Assembly (NCBI GenBank): GCA_048938445.1 | Contig: JBHLME010000032.1 | Coordinates: 1 to 38,796, forward strand | Source of the DNA: Promethearchaeota archaeon | GTDB lineage: Archaea > Asgardarchaeota > Lokiarchaeia > Sigyniarchaeales > SOKP01 | Reading direction: 5' to 3' | Length of the DNA stretch: 38,796 nt | In this document: piece after piece, positions 17,400 through 28,800 of the stretch | How positions within the stretch are numbered: position 1 is the stretch's first letter | How the letters are laid out: every line of letters starts with the position of its first letter | Made by a program: the position numbers and the translations under genes | The notes under the pieces: generated by a model | What the model was told of the DNA's origin: nothing | The model's database searches: none | The model's input: the letters and a program-made list of their open reading frames with translations, nothing else

Positions 17400-18641
17400 T
17401 TACATGTTTCCTCTTAAAATTTGTTGTGAAATGATCATCTTCATTATCTCATTTGTTCCTTCATATATTTCGCATGCTTTAGCATCGCGATAATAACGTT
17501 CAAGTGGTAAATCCTTCATATAACCATAACCACCATGAATTTGGATTGCTTCTTGCGTGATTTCTCGTGCGATTTGACTTGAATAATATTTACTCATTGC
17601 CACTTCTTTAGAGAAAGTTTTGCTTTGATCTCTCATTGATGCTGCTTTATACACTAATAATCGTGCCGCTTCTATTTTTGTTGCCATTTCAGCTAGTTTA
17701 AATGATATGCCTTGAAATTGAGAAATTGGTTTATTAAATTGAATTCTTCCTTTCGAATATCCAACAGAATGTTCATAAGCTGCTTGAGCAATGCCCAATG
17801 ACTGAGCGGCTATACCTAATCTTCCAACATCTAATGTTTGCATGGCAATTTTAAAGCCATCTGATAAAGGTCCTAAAATGTTTTCTTGAGGTATAAACAC
17901 GTTTTTAAAGTAAATACTTGTTGTACTAGATCCACGCATTCCCATTTTATCCTCTAATTTACCAATTTCGTATCCTTCCATATTTTTATCAAGAATAAAT
18001 GCAGCCATTCCTTCTTCTCCATTTTCTGTTTTATATCGAGAAATCACAATAAGTATTGATGCAATACCACCATTCGTTACAAAGATTTTTGAGCCATTTA
18101 ATAAAAACCCTTTGTCGACTTGGTTTGCAAGACAATTAATTCCCCTCACATCAGAACCCGCATTTGGTTCTGTCATTGCAAATCCAATAATTTTTTCTCC
18201 GCTTGCAAGATCGGGTAGAAATCGCTCTTTTTGTTCATCCGTACCCCATTTTAGGATTGGATAAACCCCTAGTGAATTATGAGCACTAACGTTAAGACCC
18301 GTTGATGCACATACTCTAGAAAGCTCCTCTATTGTAATTGCATAGCTTATTGAATCTAATGCTGCACCTCCATACTTTTCAGGAATTTCTATACCCCATG
18401 CGTTTATTTTAGCAAGTTCTTTTGCAGTTTCCCAGCTAAATCTTGCTTCTTTATCAACGATAGGTGCAACGGGTAATAAGATATCTTCAGCAAACTTTCT
18501 AATACCAAATCTAAGTAGTTTCAACTGTTCATTTGGTTCGAAATTCAAAAGAGGAAAACTTTTATTAATTCCTCCAAAAGAAATTGAATTTTTATTAGTC
18601 TCTTGTTTAAATTTTTGTTTATCTTCCTTTATAATTGCCAT
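17400..18641 (-). CDS. Acyl-CoA dehydrogenase (short-chain/butyryl-CoA type)
   Basis: FAMTEPNAGSD, LNGSKIFVTNG, KMGMRGS, TLDVGR.GIAAQ, QIHGGYGY and catalytic IYEGT. Abuts etfB. Confidence 0.95.
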   Translation of the reverse strand: MAIIKEDKQKFKQETNKNSISFGGINKSFPLLNFEPNEQLKLLRFGIRKFAEDILLPVAPIVDKEARFSWETAKELAKINAWGIEIPEKYGGAALDSISYAITIEELSRVCASTGLNVSAHNSLGVYPILKWGTDEQKERFLPDLASGEKIIGFAMTEPNAGSDVRGINCLANQVDKGFLLNGSKIFVTNGGIASILIVISRYKTENGEEGMAAFILDKNMEGYEIGKLEDKMGMRGSSTTSIYFKNVFIPQENILGPLSDGFKIAMQTLDVGRLGIAAQSLGIAQAAYEHSVGYSKGRIQFNKPISQFQGISFKLAEMATKIEAARLLVYKAASMRDQSKTFSKEVAMSKYYSSQIAREITQEAIQIHGGYGYMKDLPLERYYRDAKACEIYEGTNEIMKMIISQQILRGNM

Positions 18642-18965
18642 TTTACATCAGTTTCTTTATTTATCAAATGTTCACTAATTTCAAGAGAACTCTCCAATCT
18701 AAAACTCTTTCTAACTAATTTTTTTATATTGATACGAGAACATATCCAAGAAAGTTAAAGAAAGAGTTTATGGATAAGTATCTCGCATTATAATAATACT
18801 ACTACTACATCTACCACTACTACCGATGATAATGTATTTTTAGTATTATTATTAGTCAACATATTTAACTATATTATAATCATAATACAATTTAAATTTT
18901 ACCCCTAACGACTTTTTTACGGGTAAAAAATTTCAAATAAAAAAATAAATTTTTAAATCTATTCT

Positions 18966-20114
18966 TTAAAAATTTCCTTTAAGAATTTGTTGCGAAATTA
19001 TTAATTTCATCACTTCAGAAGTTCCTTCATAAATTGAGGTAACTGCAGCATCACGTATATATCTTTCAATTGGAAGATCTTTCATGTATCCATATCCCCC
19101 ATGAATTTGCAATGCCTCCAATGTAATTTTTTTGGCAATATCCGCAGCATATAATTTACACATTGCAGATTCTTTTGAAAATCTCTCTCTATTATCTTTC
19201 AAAAAGGCAGCTCTATATACTAATAATCTAGCAGCATCTATCTTTGTTGCCATATCTGCTAATTTGAAAGAGACTCCTTGAAAGTCAGCAATCGGTCTTT
19301 TAAATTGAATTCTACCTTTTGAATATTCAACTGAATGTTCGTATGCCGCCTGAGCAATTCCTAATGCTTGTGCTCCAATACCTATTCTTCCAACATCTAG
19401 GGTTTGCATTGCAATTTTAAAACCATCCGAAAGATTTCCTAACACATTTTCTTTAGGTACTCGTACATTATTAAAATATAAACTCGTTGTTGCATTTCCT
19501 CTCATTCCCATTTTATCTTCTGCTTTACCAATTTCATATCCTTTAAATTTCTTTTCAACTAACATCGCGGCAATTCCAGATTCACCATTTTTCTTTTTAT
19601 ATCTCGTTCCCACCAAAATAACAGAGGCAACTCCACCATTAGTAACGAATATTTTTGATCCATTTAAAATGAAGTCATCTCCATCTTCAATTGCTAAACA
19701 TTCAATTGCCCCAGCGTCACTACCAGCATTTGGTTCCGTCCATGTAAAACCGGTTATCTTCTTCCCAGTAGCAATATCGTACAGATATCTCTCTTTTTGA
19801 TCCTCCGTTCCCCATTTAAGAATAGGATATGCTCCAACAGAATTATGTACAGTCAAGCTTAATCCTGTAGAACCACATATTCTTGAGATTTCTTCTATCG
19901 TAATAGCATAACTTACTGAGTCTAAACATGAACCACCATATTTTTCAGGCATCTGTATACCCCATGCATTAATTTTTGAAAGCTCCTTGGCTGTTTCCCA
20001 TGAAAATTTTCCTTCACTATCCACTATTGGAGCCATTGGATCTAAAATTTCTTCCGAAAACGTTCTTACACTGTTTCTGACGAGTTTTTGCTTTTCAGTA
20101 AGGTTAAAATTCAT
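18966..20114 (-). CDS. Acyl-CoA dehydrogenase (short-chain/butyryl-CoA type), paralog of the adjacent gene
   Basis: MNFNLTE.Q, TEPNAGSD, LNGSKIFVTNG, QIHGGYGYMKDLP and IYEGT. Confidence 0.95.
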   Translation of the reverse strand: MNFNLTEKQKLVRNSVRTFSEEILDPMAPIVDSEGKFSWETAKELSKINAWGIQMPEKYGGSCLDSVSYAITIEEISRICGSTGLSLTVHNSVGAYPILKWGTEDQKERYLYDIATGKKITGFTWTEPNAGSDAGAIECLAIEDGDDFILNGSKIFVTNGGVASVILVGTRYKKKNGESGIAAMLVEKKFKGYEIGKAEDKMGMRGNATTSLYFNNVRVPKENVLGNLSDGFKIAMQTLDVGRIGIGAQALGIAQAAYEHSVEYSKGRIQFKRPIADFQGVSFKLADMATKIDAARLLVYRAAFLKDNRERFSKESAMCKLYAADIAKKITLEALQIHGGYGYMKDLPIERYIRDAAVTSIYEGTSEVMKLIISQQILKGNF

Positions 20115-20368
20115 TTTTAAAACCTAATTAATAATTTTCTTTAATTGTTTTAATCAAATTATAATTTATGTAACAAATGATAATTCTTAATCTTTATTAA
20201 AATGACTAAATGATTAAAGAATTCCATAGTAGAAATAAAAAAGTTAATTTCTTAATAATTTGTATTACAAAAAATGCTTCGATTGAGTTTTAAGTTTATA
20301 TTAAAAATATTGTAGTTTGTTTCTAAAGTCATAAAAAAAGTATAAGAAATTCATATAAACAAAAGAAT

Positions 20369-21448
20369 TTATTTAAATAAATTTTGAACAAATTCGCCTA
20401 TTTTATCAATTGCTTCTTTAGATTCGGATAATTCATATAATCCTAGAGCTTGCCATACGTGCAACATGTCATCCCATTCTTGTAATGTTATATCTACTCC
20501 CGCAGCTTTTGCTCGTTCATAAAAACGGGTTGAATGATCATATAGCATTTCGCACGTGCTTACTTGAAGGAGTAGAGGAGGTAACCCTTTCATATCCGCA
20601 TGAACGGGAGAGATATAAGGATTATAAGGATCTTGGCCTGCTACATATGTTAGGTCCCACCAAAAAACACCATAGTCAGATAACATATCAGTTTCTTTAT
20701 TCGTGTATTTAGTTTTACTCTCAAGTGTATAATCAATTGCTGGGGAAAGAGCAAATCCACCAATTGGTAATTCCATTCCTTCATCTCGAATTTTTAAAAG
20801 AATAGCTAATGCATGATTACCACCGGATGAATCTCCTCCAATAACAATATTTTTTGGAACATATCCGTTTTTTAAAAGCCATTTATAAGAATTAAAACAA
20901 TCTTCAAATCCTGCAGGAAAAGGATGTTCAGGTGCTAAACGATAATTAACGCTCAAAATTTTTATTTTTGCAGCTTTTCCAATTTCAAGAGTAAATAAAC
21001 GGTGCATCTTTGCAGAACCGAGAACTTGACCACCACCATGGAAGTACAATAAAACACGATCTTCACTTACATTAGGAACGGCTTGCCATTCTGCTGGAAT
21101 CCCATCAAGATCGACAGATTCGATTTTAATATCATCCGGAAGGGGATTTTCTTCAAGATATTCATCTACAAGAGAACTCTCTCCATATCGAAATAACTTA
21201 GCTAAAAATAATTTTTCATCATTTGTAAGCACATTTTCAAGTTCTGCAATAGAACGATCACTATTAGAGATGATTTTATAATATTCTTCATTTGCTTTAC
21301 CAACTTTTCTCATTAATTTCATTAAATTATAACCTTTATTTTCCTCCAATCCCAGAAAAGCCGCCACTGCTTTCATTTGAAGGTTGGTATTCCTTTCTAT
21401 TAATTTAAGAACATCTTCTCGCATTTTAGATTTATCTAAAAAGGGCAT
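20369..21448 (-). CDS. Alpha/beta hydrolase, HSL family esterase (paralog of 4746-5861)
   Basis: HGGG, NYRLAPEHPFPA, GDSSGG and LHVWQ. AGGTGA upstream. Confidence 0.92.
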   Translation of the reverse strand: MPFLDKSKMREDVLKLIERNTNLQMKAVAAFLGLEENKGYNLMKLMRKVGKANEEYYKIISNSDRSIAELENVLTNDEKLFLAKLFRYGESSLVDEYLEENPLPDDIKIESVDLDGIPAEWQAVPNVSEDRVLLYFHGGGQVLGSAKMHRLFTLEIGKAAKIKILSVNYRLAPEHPFPAGFEDCFNSYKWLLKNGYVPKNIVIGGDSSGGNHALAILLKIRDEGMELPIGGFALSPAIDYTLESKTKYTNKETDMLSDYGVFWWDLTYVAGQDPYNPYISPVHADMKGLPPLLLQVSTCEMLYDHSTRFYERAKAAGVDITLQEWDDMLHVWQALGLYELSESKEAIDKIGEFVQNLFK

Positions 21449-21643
21449 TATTTCATCATCACCTTTTTCAACTATCTATAAATTAATTATTAAAAACTTA
21501 AATCATTTCAAATTTAAAAACATATTAATAAAATTTATAACAAATTCAAGTGGTTCTACCTGTTAAATGGTTAAGGAATTCCTACGTTATAATTATATAA
21601 TAGGGGAAGAATTAAAAATAATAAATCTTTATTATATTGTAAT

Positions 21644-22081
21644 ATGTCCAGTACCTCTGAAATTAGTAAGACAGAAATAGAACATGATTCTCCTCCTAAA
21701 AAGGCTAATCAATTTAAGGGAATACTATGGGGGGTTGTTTATGGCTTAACAGCGACGATTTACTTATTAATACCAACTAAATTAATAGTTACTTATTGGA
21801 TACCTTTAAATAGTTTTACAATTGAAGGCCAAGAAATATATACTGTGGCATTATTAACGTTATTTTTATACATTATTTCATTAATTATCTCTGCAATTTA
21901 TGTAGCAGCAATGTTTCGAGCTTTCCTTCAGAGAAAAAATCCAGATTTAGGAATTCCTAATGGAGTTCAATGGGTCGGAGCAGTAACTACAATAAGCATC
22001 ATAGCTTTTATGATATTCTGGTTTTTTTTCACAAATGGCCAAATTGCTTTCTTATCGATGGAGGCCCCTCCACTAAATTAA
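21644..22081 (+). CDS. Small membrane protein (about 3 transmembrane helices), unknown function
   Basis: Three hydrophobic stretches in 145 aa. Confidence 0.7.
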   Translation: MSSTSEISKTEIEHDSPPKKANQFKGILWGVVYGLTATIYLLIPTKLIVTYWIPLNSFTIEGQEIYTVALLTLFLYIISLIISAIYVAAMFRAFLQRKNPDLGIPNGVQWVGAVTTISIIAFMIFWFFFTNGQIAFLSMEAPPLN

Positions 22082-22083
22082 TT

Positions 22084-23292
22084 TTAAGTCAAAAGGATTT
22101 TAATTAATTTCGGAAACATAAACGGGTTCTTGATAAAAAATATTAAAATAAACCTTATAACGGTTGGATTTTTTAATAATTGAAAAATAATTTGTTTAGG
22201 AAAATCCATATCTCCATAAAATGATATTAGATGTTCAATTTTATTTATTTTTAATATTTTAAAGAAAGTATCAAAATCTTTTTTATTAAAATTTTCAAGA
22301 ATAGTCCGTATGATAAAATGTACTTTAAGTTGCTTCCCGATAGTAGCTAAACAAGGTTGGATATAAAATTTCTTTATTTTTTTTTTTGAAAAATTACCTA
22401 ATTTAAAACATTTTATAATGCAAAGGGCAGCATTTTTTGTAGCCGTTAATAGCATTATGATTCCTCCACCTGTCGTTGCTTTTACTTGACAAGCAGAATC
22501 ACCTAACAGCAATATATTATCGAAAGAAATTTTATTCATTACACCGTAAGGAATAATCCCTCCTTGTTGGTCAATTTTGTTATTAAAATCAATATTGATT
22601 TTTTTTAAGAAGATTTTTAGTTTTGATAATGGATTCTTTAATGATGCAATTCCAATTCTATAATAATTATTGCCCTCTGGAACAATCCATCCAAATAGTT
22701 CTTTCCATCTTGGATCGAAATACATTAAAGCCTCATTTTGATTAAATTTTCCAACAACACGAATTTGTGATGCAAATATAATTTTATTATTTACACCAAG
22801 TACTTTTCCAACAGAAGAGAGTGGCCCATCACACCCTATTAACATTTTTGAGATAATTTTTCTTTTATTAGTATTTATTAGCACACTTTTTTGATTGTTT
22901 ACTACAATATAACTAAAATCTTTAAATTTCTCTCCTAAATAATATATAATTCCAGGTTTATTTGAAACTTTTTCATAAAATAACTTATCTAATGCAATTC
23001 GATCTATGATATATGGTTCTTCATCACCAGAGAGCGTAATATATTTTCCCGATGGTGATACAAGTCGAGCAACCTTAGCTCGGTTTAAAATTATTTTTTC
23101 AGGAAGTTGAATTAGATTTGATAACTTTTTTGATATGATGCCAGCACATTGAAAAGGAACACCAATTTCGTCATGTTCTTCGATTACAGCTATTTTAAAG
23201 TTCCTTTTTTTTGACAATAAATAGCAGAGATAATTACCTGCTATGCTCCCCCCAATTATGCATATATCAACATGTTCAGTTTTATCAAGCAT
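22084..23292 (-). CDS. Geranylgeranyl reductase family FAD-dependent oxidoreductase
   Basis: IIGGSIAG, EEH..IGVPFQCAGIIS, IDR..LD, IGCDGP.S, FGWIVPEG and GDSACQVKATTGGGI. Confidence 0.88.
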   Translation of the reverse strand: MLDKTEHVDICIIGGSIAGNYLCYLLSKKRNFKIAVIEEHDEIGVPFQCAGIISKKLSNLIQLPEKIILNRAKVARLVSPSGKYITLSGDEEPYIIDRIALDKLFYEKVSNKPGIIYYLGEKFKDFSYIVVNNQKSVLINTNKRKIISKMLIGCDGPLSSVGKVLGVNNKIIFASQIRVVGKFNQNEALMYFDPRWKELFGWIVPEGNNYYRIGIASLKNPLSKLKIFLKKINIDFNNKIDQQGGIIPYGVMNKISFDNILLLGDSACQVKATTGGGIIMLLTATKNAALCIIKCFKLGNFSKKKIKKFYIQPCLATIGKQLKVHFIIRTILENFNKKDFDTFFKILKINKIEHLISFYGDMDFPKQIIFQLLKNPTVIRFILIFFIKNPFMFPKLIKILLT

Positions 23293-23366
23293 TATTATTG
23301 TTTAAAATTGAAAACCATTAGAATATTTTGTTTATGCATTCTTATTTTTTAAACTAAAAATGTAGG

Positions 23367-24440
23367 TTAATTTTCAGGTTTCACCTTTGGAAATAATCGT
23401 CTTGTTAATTTAACGACATCCTTTTTCTCATCATATTCAATTAGATTAACGCGTGCAAGCTCTTTAATTGCTCTTAATAAAAAAGCACCCTCTATACCAG
23501 AAGACATTTTTAATTGGTCCCGAGTAACTTCTTTTTTATCTCCATGAAGAATGTGTAAAATTCGATAATGAGCTTGTCCTTGCCAAATTTTTTCAATAAG
23601 AACTCTGTAAATCGATAATAAAGGTTTTATCGTTTCAAAAGTTAATTCTATATCATCGGATTTTAACGTAACTTGAGCAAATTTTTTTAATTCGCCTTTA
23701 ACTTTCATGCAATCATCCAATAATCTCAAATGTTCTTCAGATATAGCTTGTTCTTTTTGATTTTGAGCTAGTTCTGAGGTTATATAATCTTGTATGGAAT
23801 TAATTTTTTCTACAAAAGTTTTGTCAATTTGTTTTAATTCGTCATAAATAATTTTATTAATTACTTTATTCACCGCACCATGAATGACTCCAATTTGTAA
23901 CTTTTTAATATTATCAGAGATCCTTTTTTGAATGTTATTTATTCTATTAATAAAGAAGTTATGATATTCTCGGAAGTGGGAAGAAATATTTTCTAATAGC
24001 GATGTTTTTTGTGTTATTTTAGGTTTTTTTATAAGCTCACTTGGTTTTTTTATTGTTGGTATAACCAAACGATCTAATTTTACTGAAGGTAATCTATTTT
24101 TCTTTTTCTCTAAAGGTTCTTTGTCTTCAGAAGGGTTTGATTTTCTTAAAATATCGAATATTTCATTAAGTTTAGTTAATTCTTCTTCGTATTTTGAATG
24201 ATCTTCTAAATGAGAATTTTCATCAATATCTTTTTTAATATTATTTTTTAGATTTTCTAGTTTGGTCTTTAATTGGTTCAATTGAGTTGAATATTTATCG
24301 ATTAAACCTTGGTTTCTTCTTTCAATTGCAATTTCTATCAAGAATTTATATTTATCGAGAGCTGATATGAATTGATTGCTTTCTAAATCAAGGATTAATT
24401 TTGATTCAATATCTTCAATTTTTCCATTCATTATAATCAT
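23367..24440 (-). CDS. Helical/coiled-coil protein with C-terminal winged helix, unknown function
   Basis: C-terminal HYRILHILH...VTRDQLKMSSGI...LRAIKELARVNLIEYD...VKL fits a wHTH. The central segment resembles 32131-34518. Lies 28 nt downstream of the longin-like gene on the same strand. Confidence 0.7.
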   Translation of the reverse strand: MIIMNGKIEDIESKLILDLESNQFISALDKYKFLIEIAIERRNQGLIDKYSTQLNQLKTKLENLKNNIKKDIDENSHLEDHSKYEEELTKLNEIFDILRKSNPSEDKEPLEKKKNRLPSVKLDRLVIPTIKKPSELIKKPKITQKTSLLENISSHFREYHNFFINRINNIQKRISDNIKKLQIGVIHGAVNKVINKIIYDELKQIDKTFVEKINSIQDYITSELAQNQKEQAISEEHLRLLDDCMKVKGELKKFAQVTLKSDDIELTFETIKPLLSIYRVLIEKIWQGQAHYRILHILHGDKKEVTRDQLKMSSGIEGAFLLRAIKELARVNLIEYDEKKDVVKLTRRLFPKVKPEN

Positions 24441-24468
24441 ATTCTTTTAATTTATATTAAGCTATCTG

Positions 24469-25713
24469 TTAAATAACCACATTTTCGACATAAGTCACTT
24501 CCATCAAGTCATAGGCTTTACGAGCAACTTCATGTGTTATTTTTTTTAAACGATAAGCTTTTCTTATAACTGGGAGCAAATATTCTGGCCAAAATATTAT
24601 AGGTTGTATGTCATTAAATAATACTACCCATTCTTTCTTTTCATTTCCATTAATGACAGTAATTATATTTAGGTTTTGTAAATCTTCCAATATTGCTTTA
24701 GTATCCGCCCAGGTCGATAAAATTTTTGGAATTTTATCCAAAGGATAATGATTTGCTTTCATTAAAGTAAAAAAATCATAAACATCTGGTTTTAAAAGTA
24801 TTGATGTTAACTGAATCGATTCTTCAAGAGTTTGTTTTAAGGGATCATATTGCTTAATAAACTTATTTACCAATCTGATATAATTATTGAAAAGTTTATT
24901 TTCACCCTCTTTTAAACGAGTAATAGTCGGTTCATGTGGTAATCTGGCAACCATAAAATCTTTAATGAGAAATATATATTCTCCTCTTATCTTGGAATTG
25001 ATTTTACCTTTTCCAATTTCTCCTTTAATCCAATCTCTCCTGATTAAATTCAGTTCGAGAAAGGGTTCAAGCAATACATCTATATTTGCATTCCTATTTA
25101 AATTTTCTACTTTTTTTTTCAATTCATTTTTTGAGCGACAAGGCAATTCTCTTAATAATTTTAAAATCTCTAAGCGTTCCTTATTCTTAAAAATCAATCC
25201 GATTTTTTGGAGTTTATCCATTGTAGATAACCTTTCAATTTGAAAGAGAGTAAATTTTAATTCATTGGTGATTGCTAAATTTGCGTCCTCAATTAATGTT
25301 AATTTTTTAGAAATTTTCGCTCTATTGAGACTTTCATATAAAGAATCTAGTTTTTTTCCCATTTCCTTTATTATATCCTCAAACATTTCTAAATCATCAT
25401 CAAGCTCAAAGAGAGTTATTGTAATAATTAAACATTCATCTGCATCTTGTTTAAAATATGAATACACTTGGTAAGGTGTTTCCTTGAGTTTTCCTATGAA
25501 AAAATTTGTAAATTTTTCTGAAACTTCATAAAGACCTGAAGTATGCTGATAAAATACTCCAAAAATATCATTTCTTGTAATTAATCTTGAGTAATCATCT
25601 AAATTAAATTTCTCATTTTTGAATAGTAATGTAATAGGACTAAATTCTGGTTTTATATCCCCTTTCTCGTCTTGATTTAATTCATATTGATATGATAAAA
25701 TTGCTTGAATCAT
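24469..25713 (-). CDS. Putative longin-like + tandem winged-helix protein (copy 1)
   Basis: Clear paralog of 36394-37647 (FYQHT.G, G.LKETP, EPFLELNL.RRDWIKG, PDVYDF, EVTY). ATG 25713 aligns with the paralog's start, whereas the track gives 25722. The fold assignment is inferred from sequence pattern. Confidence 0.7.
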   Translation of the reverse strand: MIQAILSYQYELNQDEKGDIKPEFSPITLLFKNEKFNLDDYSRLITRNDIFGVFYQHTSGLYEVSEKFTNFFIGKLKETPYQVYSYFKQDADECLIITITLFELDDDLEMFEDIIKEMGKKLDSLYESLNRAKISKKLTLIEDANLAITNELKFTLFQIERLSTMDKLQKIGLIFKNKERLEILKLLRELPCRSKNELKKKVENLNRNANIDVLLEPFLELNLIRRDWIKGEIGKGKINSKIRGEYIFLIKDFMVARLPHEPTITRLKEGENKLFNNYIRLVNKFIKQYDPLKQTLEESIQLTSILLKPDVYDFFTLMKANHYPLDKIPKILSTWADTKAILEDLQNLNIITVINGNEKKEWVVLFNDIQPIIFWPEYLLPVIRKAYRLKKITHEVARKAYDLMEVTYVENVVI

Positions 25714-25855
25714 TAACAACACTTTTTTACTTATAACAATCTAGAGACAAAATCTCTTTTTAAATAGATTTATTTAACTAAAACATCACTATTTTCATAT
25801 AAAACTTTATTCTATTTCTTAAAAGTTCGTTATCATAATTAGGAGATGTTGGGTT

Positions 25856-28800
25856 GTGAAGAAGAAAAAAAATATCAAGGTTAATTTATATTTGGTTGGT
25901 TTCTCGTGCCTATTTCTTATAGGAATGATATTAAATAATTTTGGATTGATTAGTCTAAATAATATTGACGATTCTTTTGGTTCAAATAATCATATTTTTG
26001 ATAATACATTGCAGAATTTAAAATCTTCTTCACAATCTTCAAAAGAATGGTTAACAAATGGTGGATTTACTACGACTTCTGATCCTTGGTATAATGAGAC
26101 ACTTGGTGATACTTCTGATGTAAATGCCTCATATGAAAATAATCATGCTAACCTTGAAGTTTTGGGTGATATGGGAAATTTCACGACAGAATTTGGTGAG
26201 ACTTATCTAAATTCTTCAGGTGAATGGGTAGCGGTTAATAATCCCCAATTACCAGTACTTCCAATTCTTTTAAATTCATTCGGAGGAAATAGTTATGATC
26301 CTAGTCGACAAAGTTATGGTACGGATCAAAATAATGGATTATGGTGTTCTCACGATTATGATAATAATGTGGATGAAGGTCGCGTTTATAATTCTCCAAG
26401 TATTCATTTCAAAAGAAATTATACCATTGGAGCAGATTTATCTGATTATCAAGTAACATCTGTTTCATTAGATGTCGCTATAAATGGAACAGCTTGCTCC
26501 GAAAGACCACAAGGAGGAGGTGTTGAAGTACCTGGAGATGAAGTAGGTGGCGGTTGGGAATATGAAGTATATGATTTCGTAAGATATTATGTTATAATTT
26601 CAGATACAAGCGAAATTACTAAACATGAAATGGGTTCTTTTACTACAACCTATTTAGGACAAGATATTGATGAATATGAATATGATGGTGTTTGGTATGA
26701 TGACTTAAATAATACGATTTTAAATACTCATGACGAAGATATATTAATTGCATTCCTAACGGATGTTTTTGAAAATTCTGGAGACTCATTTACAATAACT
26801 TTAGGTATTGATATTTATTGTGAAACAAATTCGGATCCAGATTATGATCATTGGAAAAATTTAAGTTTTACAGAATTCAACTTTTCTTTTACATATGAAA
26901 AAAAAATGGACAGATATGCTTCTGTCTCTTGGAACCAACAAGGAAACCAACTTGATGGTTCAAAGTATGTACTAGATGAGGCAATATTAAATTTTAACTA
27001 TCAAAGCAACCAAAATTGGCCTACTTATATATCACCTAACTCTGAAATAAGAGTTTTGATAAATAATCGAAGACATAGTGAAGTAATAAAATTAGGCCAA
27101 GTGAATTCTACATGGCAGGAAGCAAAGTCTGGTGGATTTGATGTGACATCAATATTAGGGACCGATGAAAATATTACCCTAACAATTCAATTAATAATAA
27201 TGGATAATTTCGAACTTAATAGCACATTTACACTCTCAATAGATAATGTATCCTTGATGATATATTACTCACCAATTCCAGGTGAAGATATTGAAACTGA
27301 TTATGAACTCTACATAAATTCAAATAATCGAACAGATATACCGTCACAGGTAGTAAAGTTATATGAAAATATTAACATTACTTTCGTGTATAAGGATACA
27401 GTGGGAACATTTATCAATGGATCTAATGTTCAACTTACAGTTGGTTCTGATATAAAACCATTAGTTGAAAATACAACTTTAGAACAATATAGCGTGATTT
27501 TTAATTCTTCTGAACTAGAAATTGGTCAAAATTTCCTTCCAATAACAGCAAGTAAAACCAACTATACTTCGATTAATTTTAACATAATTATCACGGTCAA
27601 TCCCTTGGATACCGATATTCAGCTCATATTAAATGATCAAAATGCGACTATTACAAAATCGATTGAAGTAGATTATGGTGAAGAAATTAATATTACTGCT
27701 CAATATAGAGATGTAGAAAATCCTCCATTCAAAGATATTACTAATGCGACAGTAACCTTAACGGGATATGGCACTCCTGTAAATTTAACTGAAATTTTCG
27801 CATTGAATCACTATTATATCACGATAGATTCCAAAATATTAGGTTTGGGAATAACTTATTTATTAATAACAGCACAAAAAGAAAATTATTCTTCATACAC
27901 TATTAGCTTTAAAATTGATGTGCAACCAAGAAATACATTCATCGCTAACGTTTTAATCAATAATACTGAAATTCAAACATTTGATATTCCCTGGATGGAA
28001 ATTTTTAATATATCAGTGTCCTATAATGATACTTTAACTAATGCATCTATTCCTTATGCCACAGTTCAGATACAAGGCTCGGGATATTTGGCAAATTTTA
28101 CTGAAGATGCTTCTAAACAACTGTATTATATTACTATAAATTCAACAGTGTTGAATATTGGTGTAAACTATTTAACAATTTCTGCCCAAAAGGAAAATTA
28201 TTCAGTCGCTACTCAATTAGTAATAATCACGGTAAGTGAACGAGAAACAGGTTTGGATATTTATCTGAATAATACAATGAGAACATCAATTGATATAAGA
28301 TGGAATGAAAATATTAACATAACGATCATTTATAAAGATTTAGAGAGCAATTTTCTTAAAAATTCAGATGTAAATCTACAAGTAGGATCAACTATAATTG
28401 AAAATTTTACAGAATATTCAAATCAATATAGTCTTATCTTAGATACAGGAGGTTATGATATTGGTATTAATACTTTTACGATTTATGCTAAGAAAGAGAA
28501 TTATACAATAGCTACTGGAACCATTATTGTAAATATTTTTGAACGAGAAACGGATCTGGATACGTATCTCAATCAAACTCTAGGAGTAACAATTGAGATA
28601 TCATATGGAGAGGTGTTAAATATTACAGTAAAATATAAAGATTTGAATTTAACCTCTTACTTAAATGGAGCAAATGTAAATTTAAAGGACGGAAATATCA
28701 TTCTATATAACTTTACGAATATTCAGGCATTTACTCATTATAATCTTACAATTAATACCGCAAATTTAGGTCTTGGAGTTCATGCATTAACAATTTATGC

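Noticed and set aside
20451-20566. Esterase near-identical tract as a DGR template/variable pair or transposon terminal inverted repeats
   Set aside because: Both copies lie in frame inside intact paralogous genes. One of the four mismatches is C/T and the A-containing ones are not all on one copy. No RT or transposase is nearby.
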